Source: Eledone cirrhosa
Lineage: Eukaryota
Assembly: GCA_964016885.1 (NCBI GenBank)
Contig: OZ024740.1
Span: forward strand, 170,128,001-170,192,000
DNA length: 64,000 nt
Direction: 5' to 3'
The notes under the pieces are model-generated. The model worked only from the letters and a program-made list of their open reading frames with translations. It was not told the origin of the DNA and made no database searches. Below, in pieces: positions 26,690 through 45,740 of the stretch (position 1 is the stretch's first letter; each line of letters starts with the position of its first letter). Both the position numbers and the translations under genes were made by a program.

Positions 26690-28210
26690 GAATGTAAGCA
26701 TCTAGAAAACAACAACTTATTTCACGGAGATCAGATGTAATTCTCTAAAGATTTCATGGCTCCAAAGTTCACTTTACTAATCAACAAATTCATAATCGAA
26801 GGCTGTAAACGGAGAAGAAATGGTAGACTGAGCATGACAGACATAGACGGATTACCAGTAGACATGGATCCTGGACGAGTTATGCACGGATAAAATGATA
26901 CTAATAATGCGTTTGTACAATAAACATGTCACGAGGAAATAGCAAAAAGATTCAGCAGATTCAGATAAGAGAGGAAAGTAATAAATAGTAACCATTAGGA
27001 GAGGAATATTCCTAGGTGTCACCGTCTCTCCACTCCTGTTATGCCTGGCGACAAAAAACTTTAATTATCATGTTAAACTAAATTAACTCTGGTAGAAATA
27101 CCATAGAAAGAGAATCAACATGTTTTATAAAACAAAGATGTGATGTTGCAGACAATATTATCTAGAAACATTTCGCTTGACAATGCGCGAATCGACTAGA
27201 TAAAATGATATGTTATTCAGGTTAAATGCACCAGGGCAAACTTAAAAAGATTAAATTCAATTCGGAAGAATATTTATGTCATTATGTTAAATACCTAAAG
27301 AGATATAAGCGAATTAGAGCTAACACAAATTTGTAAATACTTTAAGAATGGAGATAAATTCAAAAATGAACGTAATAAGTACTCTACTTGCTTTAATAAC
27401 AAGTTGTAGTTATAAAGCCCATATTGAAACTAAATTTATTGACATGATTAGACAGAGAAAAGAAAATAAGTACATTTAAATTGAAAATGACTACATTTAG
27501 AATAGAAACTCTGATAGAATCTTTTTACAATGAATACAAAAAGCTAATATAATATATCCATTGTAGGACTACTAAAATGTTTAGTATAAAGTAATGGAAA
27601 ACTAATACAGATAGCGACAAAACACGACAAGAAAACAAAGACTGATTTCCGCTTTCATCTAAACTAACAAATACAAGGATAAATAAACATACAATTGTAA
27701 GTGGTAAGGGAAAAGAATTGAATTGTGAAAAACCAAAGCGTCTAAGCTAAAGATGAGGCTAGGAAATTCAATGCTAAATCAATGGCAATAACTGAAACAA
27801 AACGAACAAAATAGAAATAAACGACGACAATTCACAGTCCTGTTTGACACAACGCTGACATCGAGGAATCTGTGTTTGTTGCACAGGATCAATTCCATCA
27901 CAAACAGAAAGAGCTTGTAACGAAACAGAACAATTTTGATGACTTCAGAATATGTAGATAGTGGAACAATCAAATATATTGTATCTGGCTGCCCAATTTG
28001 ATCAAAGTAGGAATACATCTATAGGAGTTACTCGATAGAGTACGTAGCTCGGAGATCAGAGAATCACTTCAGATAGAACTGCGACTTCTCCGAATTCAGA
28101 GATCACAGCTCGGATACTATGGGCTTGTGGTTAGAATGTCTCAGGAAAAACCAACCGGCAGGTGACGCAGGTGTAAACCCCTGTGCATGAGAAGAAGAAA
28201 AAGAAGAAGA
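26690..28210 (+). pseudogene. Decayed R4/Dong-like non-LTR retrotransposon
   Basis: RGIFLGVTVSPLLLCLA at ~27000 (for RGIFQGD.LSPLLF); FVAQDQ at ~27870; TIKYIVSGCP..EYI at ~27965; (GAA)n tail at ~28190. Confidence 0.7.
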
Positions 28211-28945
28211 AATACATGTTAGACCCCACAACCTACACATACACAACAAAGAGAAAGTAGTGTTAAGAACGTAGAGTGCTATCTATGGAATAGCAAACCA
28301 AAGCGCTCTTCGTACCCAAATCGTATAGAGCTAAATTCACTAGTGTTGTGATAGCTCGCAATAAAACATTATTGAAAAGTAATAATCAGAAGACGAATAT
28401 AAAAGTTGCTCAACCATCACTTAGTATGTCACTATAAATGAACAATATTAAAATGTCACTGAACAATTTCACTGCAACCTTTCATTTTCTTGAAGACATA
28501 AACAGGCAATGGAGATTTTGCTTCCGTACCATTGCAGTAAATGTAATTCAAAACTTCTAGCTAAGATGACAGAGATTCTCTAGGTGTTATGTTATTATTC
28601 TCTTTTCATCGCTGCCTTGTCTGACTTTCCTGACAAATTGAAAATTTATTTAACTATTTACTTTCATTTATTTATTCATTTATTTATAACAATATACATA
28701 AATAAATGCATAAATAAGTGAAAACCAGACCAACTTTATTTCCTAAGTCGGTACGAGAAAGATAAATTTCTCCGTAAATCGAAAATTAAATTTGATTTCG
28801 GTAGCAGTATATATTTAATTGTCTATTTATTTTGCAGCTAATGATAAATAGAAAAAAAAATCTGTTCCCAGTTCCAAACCTGTCTTCGAAGAGAGAAAGA
28901 AAAAGAGAGTTTGTGTGTGTTTGTGTGTGAGAGAGAGGGAGAGAG

Positions 28946-29020
<75 letters not shown>

Positions 29021-29539
29021 AGAGAGTGACAGAGAGAACGAAAGGTCTGTGTGTATGTTTGTATATGTGTGTTTGTGTTTGAAACAGACAATGACAGAGA
29101 CAGACAATCAATAAGTAAAGGAAAAAGAGTGAATGAGAGGGAGAGAAGGATAAGATAAATGCTAAAAATAAATGGTCGACTATATTTTAATCATAAAATA
29201 TAATAGGATGAATAAAATATAGATTTTGTAGGATTGTAATATGATTTGGCCGTCCTGGAGCTTCGCCAATACCATAGCATCTTCCTATCCCGTATATCTC
29301 GTTATTTTGTCAAGTATGTTAGGCTGTTGATTGTTATATAACTCGCGATATATTTGAAAATGCTCTGTGACAGTGAAAACGCCCTGAAGTTACGTTAAAT
29401 TGAGTATAGCCTAACGAAGATAACAATTTAGAATTGATATGGTATTTTGGGGAAACCACATATTATCTTAATTAGAATATTAGAGATAATAACATTTTAT
29501 TTTTATTGCCAATTTTACCTAAGATTTGTATCAGGAAAA

Positions 29540-30598
29540 GGTGTGTGCGTGTGCAGTTGCATTCAGTCCCATGCATACAGTGTACCCCACTCTCAGGGAA
29601 CTTACTGCGCATCCTGTCCCCAACCTGGGCAGTCCTAGGCACAAATGGGTTTCCATGGTCCTGACTAAGGAGGTTTTGCATCAGAGAGACCATTCAGATA
29701 CACAAATTGACACCCAATGCTGACGAGTTCCGCCAACCCATAAAAACTGATTTTGAGTTGCCAGTAACATGTTTTTTTTTCCTTTTCTCCTTGTCATTTC
29801 CAAACATCTCTGCCAAAGACAGGATTGGCACTGGACTTCGGCTGTTATTAGCTATATCAGATGCAAGCCGTTTGAAGCAATTTAGTACAGAGTACATACT
29901 TACACACATACATTCGCATACATACATACATACATACATACATACATACATACATACATACATACATACATACATGCATACATACATACATGGTGGCTGC
30001 CAACTCGTTTTCGAGTACGGCCACTACTTTATATCCATGTAGGAGAACCCCTACCGATGCGCTGAACGAGTGTGACTTTTTAGTCCAGCCAGCGACTTGA
30101 AAACTCTGGTACAAACACTACACTTGTGACAATTATTGACACATAGTGCTGGGCCCATGGTACCATGTGACGACAAGTGCAGAGAGATCTCCAGATATAA
30201 AGCAATGCCTGTGCCGTTAAGCTTTTATAGTGAGCAAAGGCACTGCACAAAGCCAGTCCCACTCTCTTAACCAAGATGATATTTACCAAAAAGAAGAACA
30301 AGTCAACATCATTGGATACCATCAGGGTTGCAGGTGTTATATTAGAGTCTTCCTTCTCCTAGAATTCTGCCTTGATAAAGGCTAAGGGGTCATCTCTGTC
30401 GCTGATTTTGGATGGCCATTGACACTTAAGAGCTCCTTTGCCCTTTGACAGGTTTTGTTTTTAGTCCTGCAGGATGTCCAAAGTCACCCTCCTCACCAAG
30501 AAACCTTGGTAGGGTTGCCAGTTTAGTCGCCAACGATCCGACCATGGGACAGGTTGTACTGGGATACATGTTACCAGTAGCACTAACTGGTGACCTGA
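29540..30598 (-). mobile_element. Probable RTE-like LINE 5' region with an internal (TATG)n tract
   Basis: Homologous to 13995-14520; GC-richer than the flanks; no intact ORF. Confidence 0.55.
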
Positions 30599-30599
30599 C

Positions 30600-30638
<39 letters not shown>

Positions 30639-30830
30639 GGGAAAGAGTCAAGACCCCGACGGTTGAGCACGGGCCGTTTCAACAGCTAGATCCGAACCTT
30701 CGCATCTAGCTGTCGAAACGGCCGGGCTCTGACTCGTTTCCTATTACCCATTCTACTACCCTAAGTATTGAGTACTCTAGTACGTTTTGGTCCACATGGT
30801 ATCTTACCACACCCTCTTTGTTCTCTGTTA
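30639..30830 (+). mobile_element. Short fold-back element with a conserved tail (relative at 58691-58872)
   Basis: Hairpin ggccgtttcaacagctagat / atctagctgtcgaaacggcc; tail ttacccattctactaccctaagtattgagta recurs at ~58793 with one mismatch. Confidence 0.75.
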
Positions 30831-30834
30831 TATA

Positions 30835-33783
<2,949 letters not shown>

Positions 33784-34049
33784 AATAATTTTATCGCTCT
33801 AAATGGCTGAATACAGCAAATGTAAGCAGAGATGTTCGAATATTAATAATAATATTCGATTCGTTTGCAATTATGCAAACAGCCTCGTAAATACATGTCA
33901 GTAGAATGACATGTCATTTTTGCTCTTATAAACTTGCATATAAACAGAACGGCAGACACTAATGTTTCTGGGTGATTACCCTTCATCAATACCGTATACT
34001 GCTTACCTACCAACTGTCAGAGCTAGTGAAAATATATATTTTCTGAAAA

Positions 34050-35750
34050 AATATAATTAGACGATTGATGACGGGAGCAACAGCACTCATTGCAAGGCAC
34101 ATGAAATCATCAGGAATCCGCATTAATGATGATTTCATACGAATTAAACACTTCTAGTCCTGTAGAAGCTTTCTCTATATTTCTTAATATTAAACTATGA
34201 ATATGTGTGTATATTACCTGTCTATATAAACTTGTAATCTATACGAATGAAATACTTCTAGTCCTGTAGACGCTTTCTCTATATTTCATTCGTATGAAAT
34301 CATCATGAATGCGCATTCCTGATGATTTCATGAGTTTACATTTATTTTCGAACTGTGCCTTGCAACGAGTGCTGTTGCTCCCGTCATACATCGTCTAATT
34401 ATATAATTCTGTAGAATACAGATATATTGTACACCAATATTTCCCTGATTAATTTTCTTTCGCATTGTAGAGTGCAAAGGCATTACATATGCTCGTGTTG
34501 TAAATGATAGGGGATCCAACGTGGGAATGTCGTAGTTTTCTGATCCTTATAACACTTGTAGGCATTACGTTTACAGCTTTCGTTGACTTCATATTTCTTC
34601 CCGGACACGAATCTTACTGTTCGGAAGGTTTTGACGTTTGTGTTTTGCAGAATAATATTAGCCTTCATTTATGGTTTCGTAAATGTATTTTAATTCCAGT
34701 TTTACTGGGGTTTATTGTGTACATGAATCATTTCATACGCTTTAAATGTAATGTGCGTATTCTTAATAGTTTGGTACGTAATGTATTTGTTCTGCGTGTT
34801 TCTTCCTGTTTTATTTTATTGCTCTGACTAATAGTTTATTGGATTACTTGATGTCAACTAGTGTTTCCTATAATCTGTGGATTTCTTTATCTAGTACTAT
34901 TTTCCTTTCTAAACGATTTTCTAAATACAGATTTTATCACTGATATTGTGTAGTGGACAATCACTGTCTCCATGTAAGTATATATAATTCTATTTGTCTT
35001 TGGTGAAAGTGGATATAATGTATTTCATTTCCTTCCTGAAACATATTTTCTGGAGTCATTTTATACTGATATGGATGTTAAGGCTGTGACAGAGTTGTTT
35101 TCGAGACTTATTTTGTTTTATTGACACCTGGTGTATTCATTACAAGTTATCTTCCTAGTGTGTTCTTATACTTGTGTTTCTCTACCACAGTGTTCTCTAG
35201 GGAAGCCAGGTAACACACCGAGAACAATATCCCCCAGGAAGAAACTATGGCTACTCCAATTCTTCCTATATATAATTCGTCTTGCGCAGAGCGCAAACTT
35301 GCTTTTCTTGTACAGTACGCTAAAGGGTTTTCTAAGCATTAGCTAGTACCATGCTCGGAGTGATTTAAATTGATAACATTTGGTAATGTCAATTATTTCT
35401 GCTAGTGGGACGTTCTTAGACCTACTTTTTATGCTCAAGGTAGATCTACTTTGATAGTTTCGACTAAGTTCTTTAGGAAGTCTACTTATAACTATGTAAT
35501 AATTGTTTCTACTTTAGGCACAAGGCCAGCAATTATCCAGTGTATTACTGGTACTTTATTTTATCGACCCCGTAAGGATGGAAGGCAAAGTTAACCTCGG
35601 CGGGATTTGAACTCAGAAATGACAAGGGCCGTAACTCTATGCGCCAAAGCATGGCATCCGACACTCTACTAATACTGCCAATCCACCGCCTATAACTATG
35701 TAATAATGGACCACTCCAATGTGTATAGAATAATAATGTCTATTTGTTTT
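34050..35750 (-). pseudogene. Heavily decayed PLE (RT motifs) with a fold-back terminal region at 34055-34405
   Basis: Minus strand TLSIKSRSKNVPLAEIIDI at ~35390-35445 (for SLDV.SLFTNVP) and GVAIVSSWG at ~35235-35258 (for GVAMGSPLG); inverted arms 34055-34145 / 34285-34405. Confidence 0.6.
35487..35707 (-). mobile_element. Full-length tRNA-SINE with a 17-bp target-site duplication
   Basis: TSD tataactatgtaataat at 35487-35503 and 35691-35707; A and B boxes on the minus strand. Confidence 0.93.
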
Positions 35751-35867
35751 TATATTATGCACCTACATATATATATTTGTATATGTAAATATATATCGCA
35801 TATCTATATAGTATTTATATATATATAAGGTGTATATATATATGTGTATATATATATATATATATAT

Positions 35868-35936
<69 letters not shown>

Positions 35937-35943
35937 GTATATA

Positions 35944-37143
<1,200 letters not shown>

Positions 37144-37149
37144 ATATAT

Positions 37150-38722
37150 ATATGATAAAGAACACCAGAGCTTCTATAACATCAAAATATTTTTATTGGC
37201 TTACAATGTTTCTTCCTTACGTAACCGTAGGATTCTTCAGAGCTATAAAAGGGGGTTTGATTGGTGTTATGGACTCTACCAACCAAACATTCAAGAACAA
37301 AGAGTAAAGAGAGTAAAGAGCAAAAGCAGGGGACGATAATTCTAATTTTGGTGCGGGAGGGTGGGGTGTGGGTCCTTGTTTACTAGCTGTGGTCATATTC
37401 ATTCCCGGGAGTCGAGCGGTTAGTTTTGTACCACAAATGCGATCTCACTCTGCCTCGTTAATGTTCAATCAACACCAAAGTTCTACGTTCTGGGCAATAG
37501 CATTGAATCCAACCACCGACAACATAGTTGGATGACCGATAATCACACCAAACCGGAGTACTGTGATCCTTGTGATTTCGAGATATAAAACCACTGATAG
37601 TGTAACGAAGACCAGAAAACCATACTCCATAATATTGAACCAAGTGATTAATTTGTGCGACCAAAATAACACCACACACATATTGGGTCGGCAATGAACT
37701 AGGAATATTGGATCCTCCGTCAATGTCTGGGTGAGCAAAAATAGATTTCTATCTGCATTGAAATTTACGAACTTGTGCATCTACTGTGGTGTCAAACACA
37801 AACGCACACGACCGCACAGATGAGCAATGGACTATGCCACGTGGGTTGAACTTGCAAGTGAATTGAAGGATGTGTAACTCTGATATACAGATTATTTATT
37901 ATTAGGATGTATAAACTTGACATAACTACTATCATCTTATATTCTCTCACCTAATCACATTTGATTATATTTCTCTATCCCGTTTTCTCCCCCCATATTT
38001 ATAATATTTTTATTTGACAAAATCGGTTTTTTTACATTGTGTTTTTCCATTTCTAATACTTGCTTATATTTTTTTATATATTCTCTAAAAAATGTTTATA
38101 TATATTTTTTATCTTTATTCTTATTTTCACTTTTATCCTCCTTTATATTTTACCTTATTCTTTCTTTTATAGCTTATTATAGTGTAATCTTCCCCATGCC
38201 TTATTATACATTATTAATTATAGATTATTAATATTACTCTTATTCCATTTCTAATTACCTCATGTACTTTCTCCTCCGTTATATATATATTGTATGCCCT
38301 TTGTGTGTGTGTAGCCTCTGCACCCTACTATCGACGCCACCCCATCTGTGGCTCCACTAACCACTCAACTCCCGGGAATTAATATGACCACAGCTAGTAA
38401 ACAAGGACCCACACCCCACCCTCCCGCACCAAAATTAGACTTATCGTCCCCTGCTTTTGCTCTTTACTCTCTTTACTCTTTGTTCTTGAATGTTTGGTTG
38501 GTAGAGTCCATAACACCAATCAAACCCCTTTTATAGCTCTGAAGAATCCTACGGTTACGTAAGGAAGAAACATTGTAAGCCAATAAAAATATTTTGATGT
38601 CATAGACGCTCTTGTGTTCTTTATCATATATACGGCTCTGCTCCAAAGCATAGAGCTAATTATTATGCTGCCAATACCTTAATGGGACACGGGTATACAA
38701 TACCTAACTCCTATTAACCTAA
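37150..38722 (+). mobile_element. 5'-truncated, 5'-inverted PLE: inverted pLTR, decayed GIY-YIG, 3' UTR, pLTR
   Basis: 37152-37430 is the inverse of 38350-38630; remnant peptides CDPC, TTDSVTKTRKPYSI...NLC...IGSS and EQW..PRGLN at 37560-37870. Confidence 0.75.
38536..38580 (+). ncRNA. Type I hammerhead ribozyme (antisense copy at 37199-37243)
   Basis: GCT-CTGAAGA-a-TCCT.ACG-gtta-CGT.AGGA-a-GAAA-CATTG-TA-AGC. Confidence 0.8.
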
Positions 38723-38790
<68 letters not shown>

Positions 38791-38791
38791 T

Positions 38792-38898
<107 letters not shown>

Positions 38899-39364
38899 GG
38901 GGGAATTAGGATTTAGCATAGCTGTATACAGATATATATTAGAATTTCGTATTTCTAAAGAAATACGGTATGTTTACAGATAAACATTTAGAAAGCCGTA
39001 GCTATGCAAAACACCAAGGTGTCTAGCAGAAGCAAGGGTTACACACATCGATGCATTTCTAACTTCACTGTTCTACATCAGGATGATCCCTCCCACGCTT
39101 GCAACTGCTGAACTTGAAAACAGGCGAGAATATATGCTTTTCTCGTCTGTGTAAATGAGGTTATTAATCTCATTTATATTTGAAGCTGCTTAAGTTATAA
39201 TAGAATAGAATTAGGATTTGGTTTCGTGGCATAGCTGTATACAGATATGTATTAGAATTTCGTATTTCTAATGTTTTGCATAGGTGCAGCGTTCTAAACG
39301 TTTACCTATAAACATACAGTATTTCTTTAGAAATACGAAATTCTAATACGTACATCATCATCAT

Positions 39365-39720
39365 CATCATCATCGGGTTTAGCGTCCGTGTTCCACGCTT
39401 GCATGGGTTTGGACGGGAGTTTTCCCACTTGAGGCAAGAGTGGTTGTCTTGCTCGCATAGGACTGTCTGGCGGGTTTTCTACAGCTGGATGCCCTTCCTA
39501 ACACCAACCACATTTACAGTGTGGGGCTGGGAGGTTTTTACCGTGTTGCCTACACGGCCACATTACAGCGTGGACTGTCTGGCGGGTTTTCTACAGCTGG
39601 CTGCCCTTCCTAACACCAACCACATTTACAGTGTGGGGCTGGGAGGTTTTTACCGTGTTGCCTACACGGCCACATTTACAGCGTGGACTGTGTGTTTTTT
39701 TGTCGTGACACCGACACGAT
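39365..39720 (-). mobile_element. SINE/LINE 3' tail with (ATG)n end and an internal ~113-bp tandem duplication
   Basis: catcatcatcgggtttagcgtccgtgttcca...; ggactgtctggcgggttttctacagctgg occurs at ~39460 and ~39572. Confidence 0.65.
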
Positions 39721-39726
39721 CTACAT

Positions 39727-39893
<167 letters not shown>

Positions 39894-40164
39894 AACGGAA
39901 AGAATGAAACGAAATTTCATTTCCCACTCTTAGTACGGCTGTTTCTTCAATATAAGTATGTACACGTACATACATATATGTATACAGACGTACAGTAGTA
40001 TGTATATATATATATATATATATACATACATGCACACATATATATATGTACGTATGGATTCACCGAACATTTATTATAATGCTCGGTGTGTTTGTAAACA
40101 AACATCCCGTATTAAGCCGTAGTGTCTAGCAACCATTGTTGCTCGTTTGTTCAACACTGACAAA

Positions 40165-40219
40165 GGAACGCTGTACTAGTTTCAAGCATATTAGCTATCC
40201 TCAGCAACGTATACCTTCC
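40165..40219 (-). ncRNA. Type I HHR, inverted monomer
   Basis: Minus strand CGTTG-CTGAGGA-tagctaatatgctt-GAAA-CTAG-TA-CAGCG. Confidence 0.8.
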
Positions 40220-40445
40220 TGCCAGATTGTTGAACGTATATACTTACCTTATGCATATTAACGGCTGAGTAGCCCATACTTATATTTAATTAACAGCCGT
40301 ACTAAGAGTGGGAAACGAAATTTCGTTTCATTTTTTCCGTTTATAGTTTTCGGTGCACCCGGCCAATTAACCCACTCGATATGCAAATTGGGCTACTCAG
40401 CTGTTAATATTCATAAGGTAAGTATATACGTTCAACAATCTGGCA

Positions 40446-40500
40446 GGAAGGTATACGTTGCTGACGATAGCTAATAAGCTTGAAACTAGTACAGCGTTCC
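40446..40500 (+). ncRNA. Canonical type I hammerhead ribozyme, predicted cut after 40491
   Basis: GGAA..CGTTG-CTGACGA-tAGC-taataa-GCTt-GAAA-CTAG-TA-CAGCG-TTCC. Confidence 0.9.
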
Positions 40501-40865
40501 TATGTCAGTGTTGAACAAACTAGCAACGATGGTTGCTAGACAATACGTCTTAATACGGGATGTTTGTTTACAAACACACCGAGCATTATAATAAATGTTC
40601 GGTGAATCCATACGTACATATATATATGTGTGCATGTATGTATATATATATACATACTACTGTACGTCTGTATACATATATGTATGTACGTGTACATACT
40701 TATATTTAAGTAACAGCCGTACTAAGAGTGGGAAATTAAATTTCGTTTAATTTTTTCCGTTTATCGTTTTCGGTGCACCCGGCCGATTAACCCACTCGAT
40801 ATGCAAATTGGGCTGCTCAGCCGTTAATATGCATAAGGTAAGTATATACGTTCAACAATCTGGCA

Positions 40866-40920
40866 GGAAGGTATACGTTGTTGACGAAAGCTAATAAGCT
40901 TGAAACTAGTACAGCGTTCC
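40866..40920 (+). ncRNA. Type I HHR, second monomer (C3 to U)
   Basis: CGTTG-TTGACGA-AAGC-taataa-GCTT-GAAA-CTAG-TA-CAGCG. Confidence 0.8.
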
Positions 40921-41229
40921 TTTGTGAGTGTTGAACAAACGAGCAACGATGGTTGCTAGACACTACGGCTTAATACGGGATGCTTGTTTACAAACACACC
41001 GAGCATTATAATAAATGTTCGGTGAATCCATACGTACATATATATATATGTGTGCATGTATGTATATATATATATATACATACTACTGTACGTCTGTATA
41101 CATATATGTATGTACGTGTACATACTTATATATATATATAGGTATGTACACGTACATACATATATGTATACAGACGTACAGTAGTATGTATATATATATA
41201 TACATACATGCACACATATATATATATAA

Positions 41230-42004
<775 letters not shown>

Positions 42005-42026
42005 AATGTGTGTGTGTGTGTGTGTA

Positions 42027-42057
<31 letters not shown>

Positions 42058-42287
42058 TATGAAGTTGAAGAAAGTTGGTTGATCAAATATCTGCCGACTT
42101 ATTCTTTTAACAGAAGTGAAGCGCTTCACCGTTTTTGTTCATTAGGATTTTCTCCGTAAGGTATCGTCCTCGGTTGTAGTATAATAAATAAGAGAGAGGG
42201 TTTATACGTATATTTTCATTTCATTATCTAATGTGAACTAGATAATATAATGAAGATGTACGAATAAAACCGTTTCTCTTATTTATC

Positions 42288-42365
<78 letters not shown>

Positions 42366-42403
42366 GTGCGTGTGTGCGCGTGTGTGCGTGTGTGCGTGTG
42401 TGC

Positions 42404-42483
<80 letters not shown>

Positions 42484-42518
42484 TTATATATATATATGTA
42501 TATGTATATATGTATATA

Positions 42519-43230
42519 TGGGATAACAAGTTATCGCTATAGGTAATCAAGTTAGAGGTTATGAGTACTCTGCGTCGTGGATAGTTTTAACGTACGGCTT
42601 TGTTTGACTCAACAAGATGTTTCTATAGTTATGCAGCCAGATCGCGGTAATGTCTATGCAGGTTATACTTGGAGTAATAATAGTTTAAGAAAGAAGAGTA
42701 ACATGGTTGGCTGTACAATAAGGGCTTTATTTAAAGTACTGACAATTGTTTCGTTGATCAGGTGAGTCTAGAGTTAGCTAATCGCTTGAGGTTGCGTCAA
42801 TCGATCTCCAATACATTGTTTACCACTGGTCAACACATCAGAGCATGTAGATATGAAAATAATTCACTCGAGGCAAGACTTATATAGACAAACAGCGTAA
42901 AACCAAAACAATAACATCAATAATAAAACATGTATGGTAAATAGATAGAGAAGTTATAGATGTAAAAAGTAAAAAGTTAAATATAAGATAGGGTACATTA
43001 AAAAATAATAAGAAATTGAGGAAATGGAAAATATAAAGAAATAAATGAGTGAGGGAGTGCAAGTAGATATTAGTAGATGTGTGACCAGTGGTAAACAATG
43101 TATTGGACATCGATTGACGTAACCTCAAGCGATTAGAGAACTCTAGACAGACCTGATCAACGAAACAATTGACACTAATTTAAATAAAGCCCTTATTGTA
43201 CAGCCAACTATGTTACTCTTCTTTCTTTTA
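42519..43230 (-). mobile_element. Fold-back element with ~145-bp inverted arms and an HHR-like motif lacking stem II
   Basis: 42687-42832 is the inverse of 43082-43228; CTGATCA-AC-GAAA-CAATTG-TC. Confidence 0.75.
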
Positions 43231-43496
43231 TTATGTATATATATGTATATATACTATGTATATATATGTATGTATATCACGTAAATATTACTAAAAACGT
43301 TTTTTAATTGCCAATTGTTGAATGTGAGTTAGCGGCTGGTTTGCAAATACATACACACGCAGTCACACACACACATACAAAAATACCTAAATACATTTAC
43401 ATATAACGCTCCTACACGCTCACATACATACATATGCGTGCACACTTACAAATATCTCCTTACGCTCTTACACTCATGAATATGGTAAATGATTAT

Positions 43497-43683
43497 TTCT
43501 TCTTCTTCTTCTTCTTCTTCTTCTTCTTCTTCTTCTTCTTCTTCTTCTTCTTCTTCTTCTTCTTCTTCTTCTTCTTCTTTTTCTTCTTCTTCTTCTTCTT
43601 CTTCTTCTCCTTCTTCTTCTTCTTCTTCTTCTTCTCCTTCTTCTTCTTTTTCTTCTTCTTCTTCCTAACCACCACCCGCACTC

Positions 43684-43722
<39 letters not shown>

Positions 43723-43723
43723 A

Positions 43724-43794
<71 letters not shown>

Positions 43795-43811
43795 GTAGTA
43801 GTAGTAGTAGT
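43497..43811. repeat. (TTC)n then (CTA)n/(GTA)n trinucleotide microsatellites
   Basis: Read directly. Confidence 0.97.
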
Positions 43812-44082
43812 ATCAGGACCGCCACTTTATATGCACAGAGTGTAAACCTTGAATTTAAGTAATATATGCGTAGTTTCAATGCAGACCTTTGATTTGAAAA
43901 TGTTGTGCCTTTGTTGTAGCTTTCATAAAGAGAGGAATTACATTTTCTGTTCATATCTCATATTTTTAAAATCATTTATTCAATAAATGCGCCATGTTAG
44001 ATTTCATTTGGTTTCATATATATGTCTTTTATGAACATCAACGTTTTATTCATGTATTTTTATTTACGCATCTGCCTATCTA

Positions 44083-44143
<61 letters not shown>

Positions 44144-44292
44144 CTACACATTTATACATCTCCCTCTGTCTCTCTCTCTCTTACTATCTCTCTCTATATA
44201 TATATGAGTGTGTATATATATGCATTTATGAATATATATATATATATATATGTATATGTATATATGTATATGTATATATGTATATGTATATA

Positions 44293-44372
<80 letters not shown>

Positions 44373-44389
44373 CATATATACATATACAT

Positions 44390-44447
<58 letters not shown>

Positions 44448-44484
44448 GTATGTTTATACACATATATCATACCTATATGTACAT

Positions 44485-44537
<53 letters not shown>

Positions 44538-44593
44538 AACACGCGCACACACACACAAACACACATATCTAAATATATATATATATATAAAGG

Positions 44594-44654
<61 letters not shown>

Positions 44655-44922
44655 ATAGATAGATTTTGTCATCAATGAGTTTTAGCCATTCTCTATATTG
44701 TAGTGGAGCTCTCTTTTAATGTATTGGAGTCAAAGCAAAATATATCTGTATGACACCGTACGTGACTGTTGCCAAATTTTTCACAAAAGTATATTTTTTG
44801 TAACATTTTTTCTTCCACGCTTTGCCATTCTGACCGACTATTCATAGATTTTAGATCTATCTCATAGCTACCATTTCATCATAATGTACAGCAACGCACT
44901 CTGTGAATCAGGATATGTTAGG

Positions 44923-45051
<129 letters not shown>

Positions 45052-45229
45052 ACACATACGTAGAATGTTTTCAACTTTTGCTTTGACTTCTATGCTCTAT
45101 TTTTGTCTCCGATAATTTTTATGTTGAATAGTGTTGCTATTACCTATGAAATAAGATTTTCGTATGCTGCTATCTCGTCACGCCATTCCTTTTCAAACCG
45201 TGTCTATGTGCAAGGAAATTTGTTTCTTC

Positions 45230-45740
45230 AGTTCGCATTACATTCTCACTCAAGTTCCTGCTAGAAAACCCCATCAATGAAAGAAAATGATATACAAATT
45301 ATTAAGTAAATATAGAATATACAGAAAATGGGGCGAACAAGAGCATCTTACTTTGACTTCTTTGAGACGTTACCAACTTGTGCAAATATTTAATTTACCG
45401 AGGTTTATCTGTGTATTTCATTATGATTACTTATCTTTCCTTGGTAACATTACTTTATACATTGGCCTACCTTTCATACGGGTCCCTGAACATGCTCCTC
45501 ACTGCGGACAAAATCATACCATCCTCCAACAGGGTGATCCATTGCCCCCCCCCCCCTCTTTTCTCTCGGAGTTGACATCGTTGCTCGGAGCATCGCCGTT
45601 CTTCTCAACGCCTGTTACCGGGATAATGCAGCGATAGGTGGGCCCACAGAGAGTGTCTGTCAGAATCTCCGATCAGTGATTCCCACTCTAGCGAGAATCG
45701 ACCTCGAGATCAACTTGTTCAAGATGAGTTGATTTTAATC
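45230..45740 (+). pseudogene. Decayed CRE-like non-LTR RT fragment
   Basis: LQQGDPL.P.LFSLGVD at ~45525; NACYRDNAAIGGP (for NAWYLDD.T.GG); LEIN..K.ELI. Confidence 0.7.

Noticed and set aside
37437-37877. 146-codon + frame interrupted only by three TGA codons (37533, 37695, 37821), suggesting a selenoprotein
   Set aside because: The GIY-YIG-like remnants are spread over three frames (CDPC, IGSS, PRGLN), no SECIS was recognised, and chance or decay explains the stops.
43434-43954. Poly-Phe/Thr and poly-Val/Lys ORFs
   Set aside because: (TTC)n and (CTA)n microsatellites.
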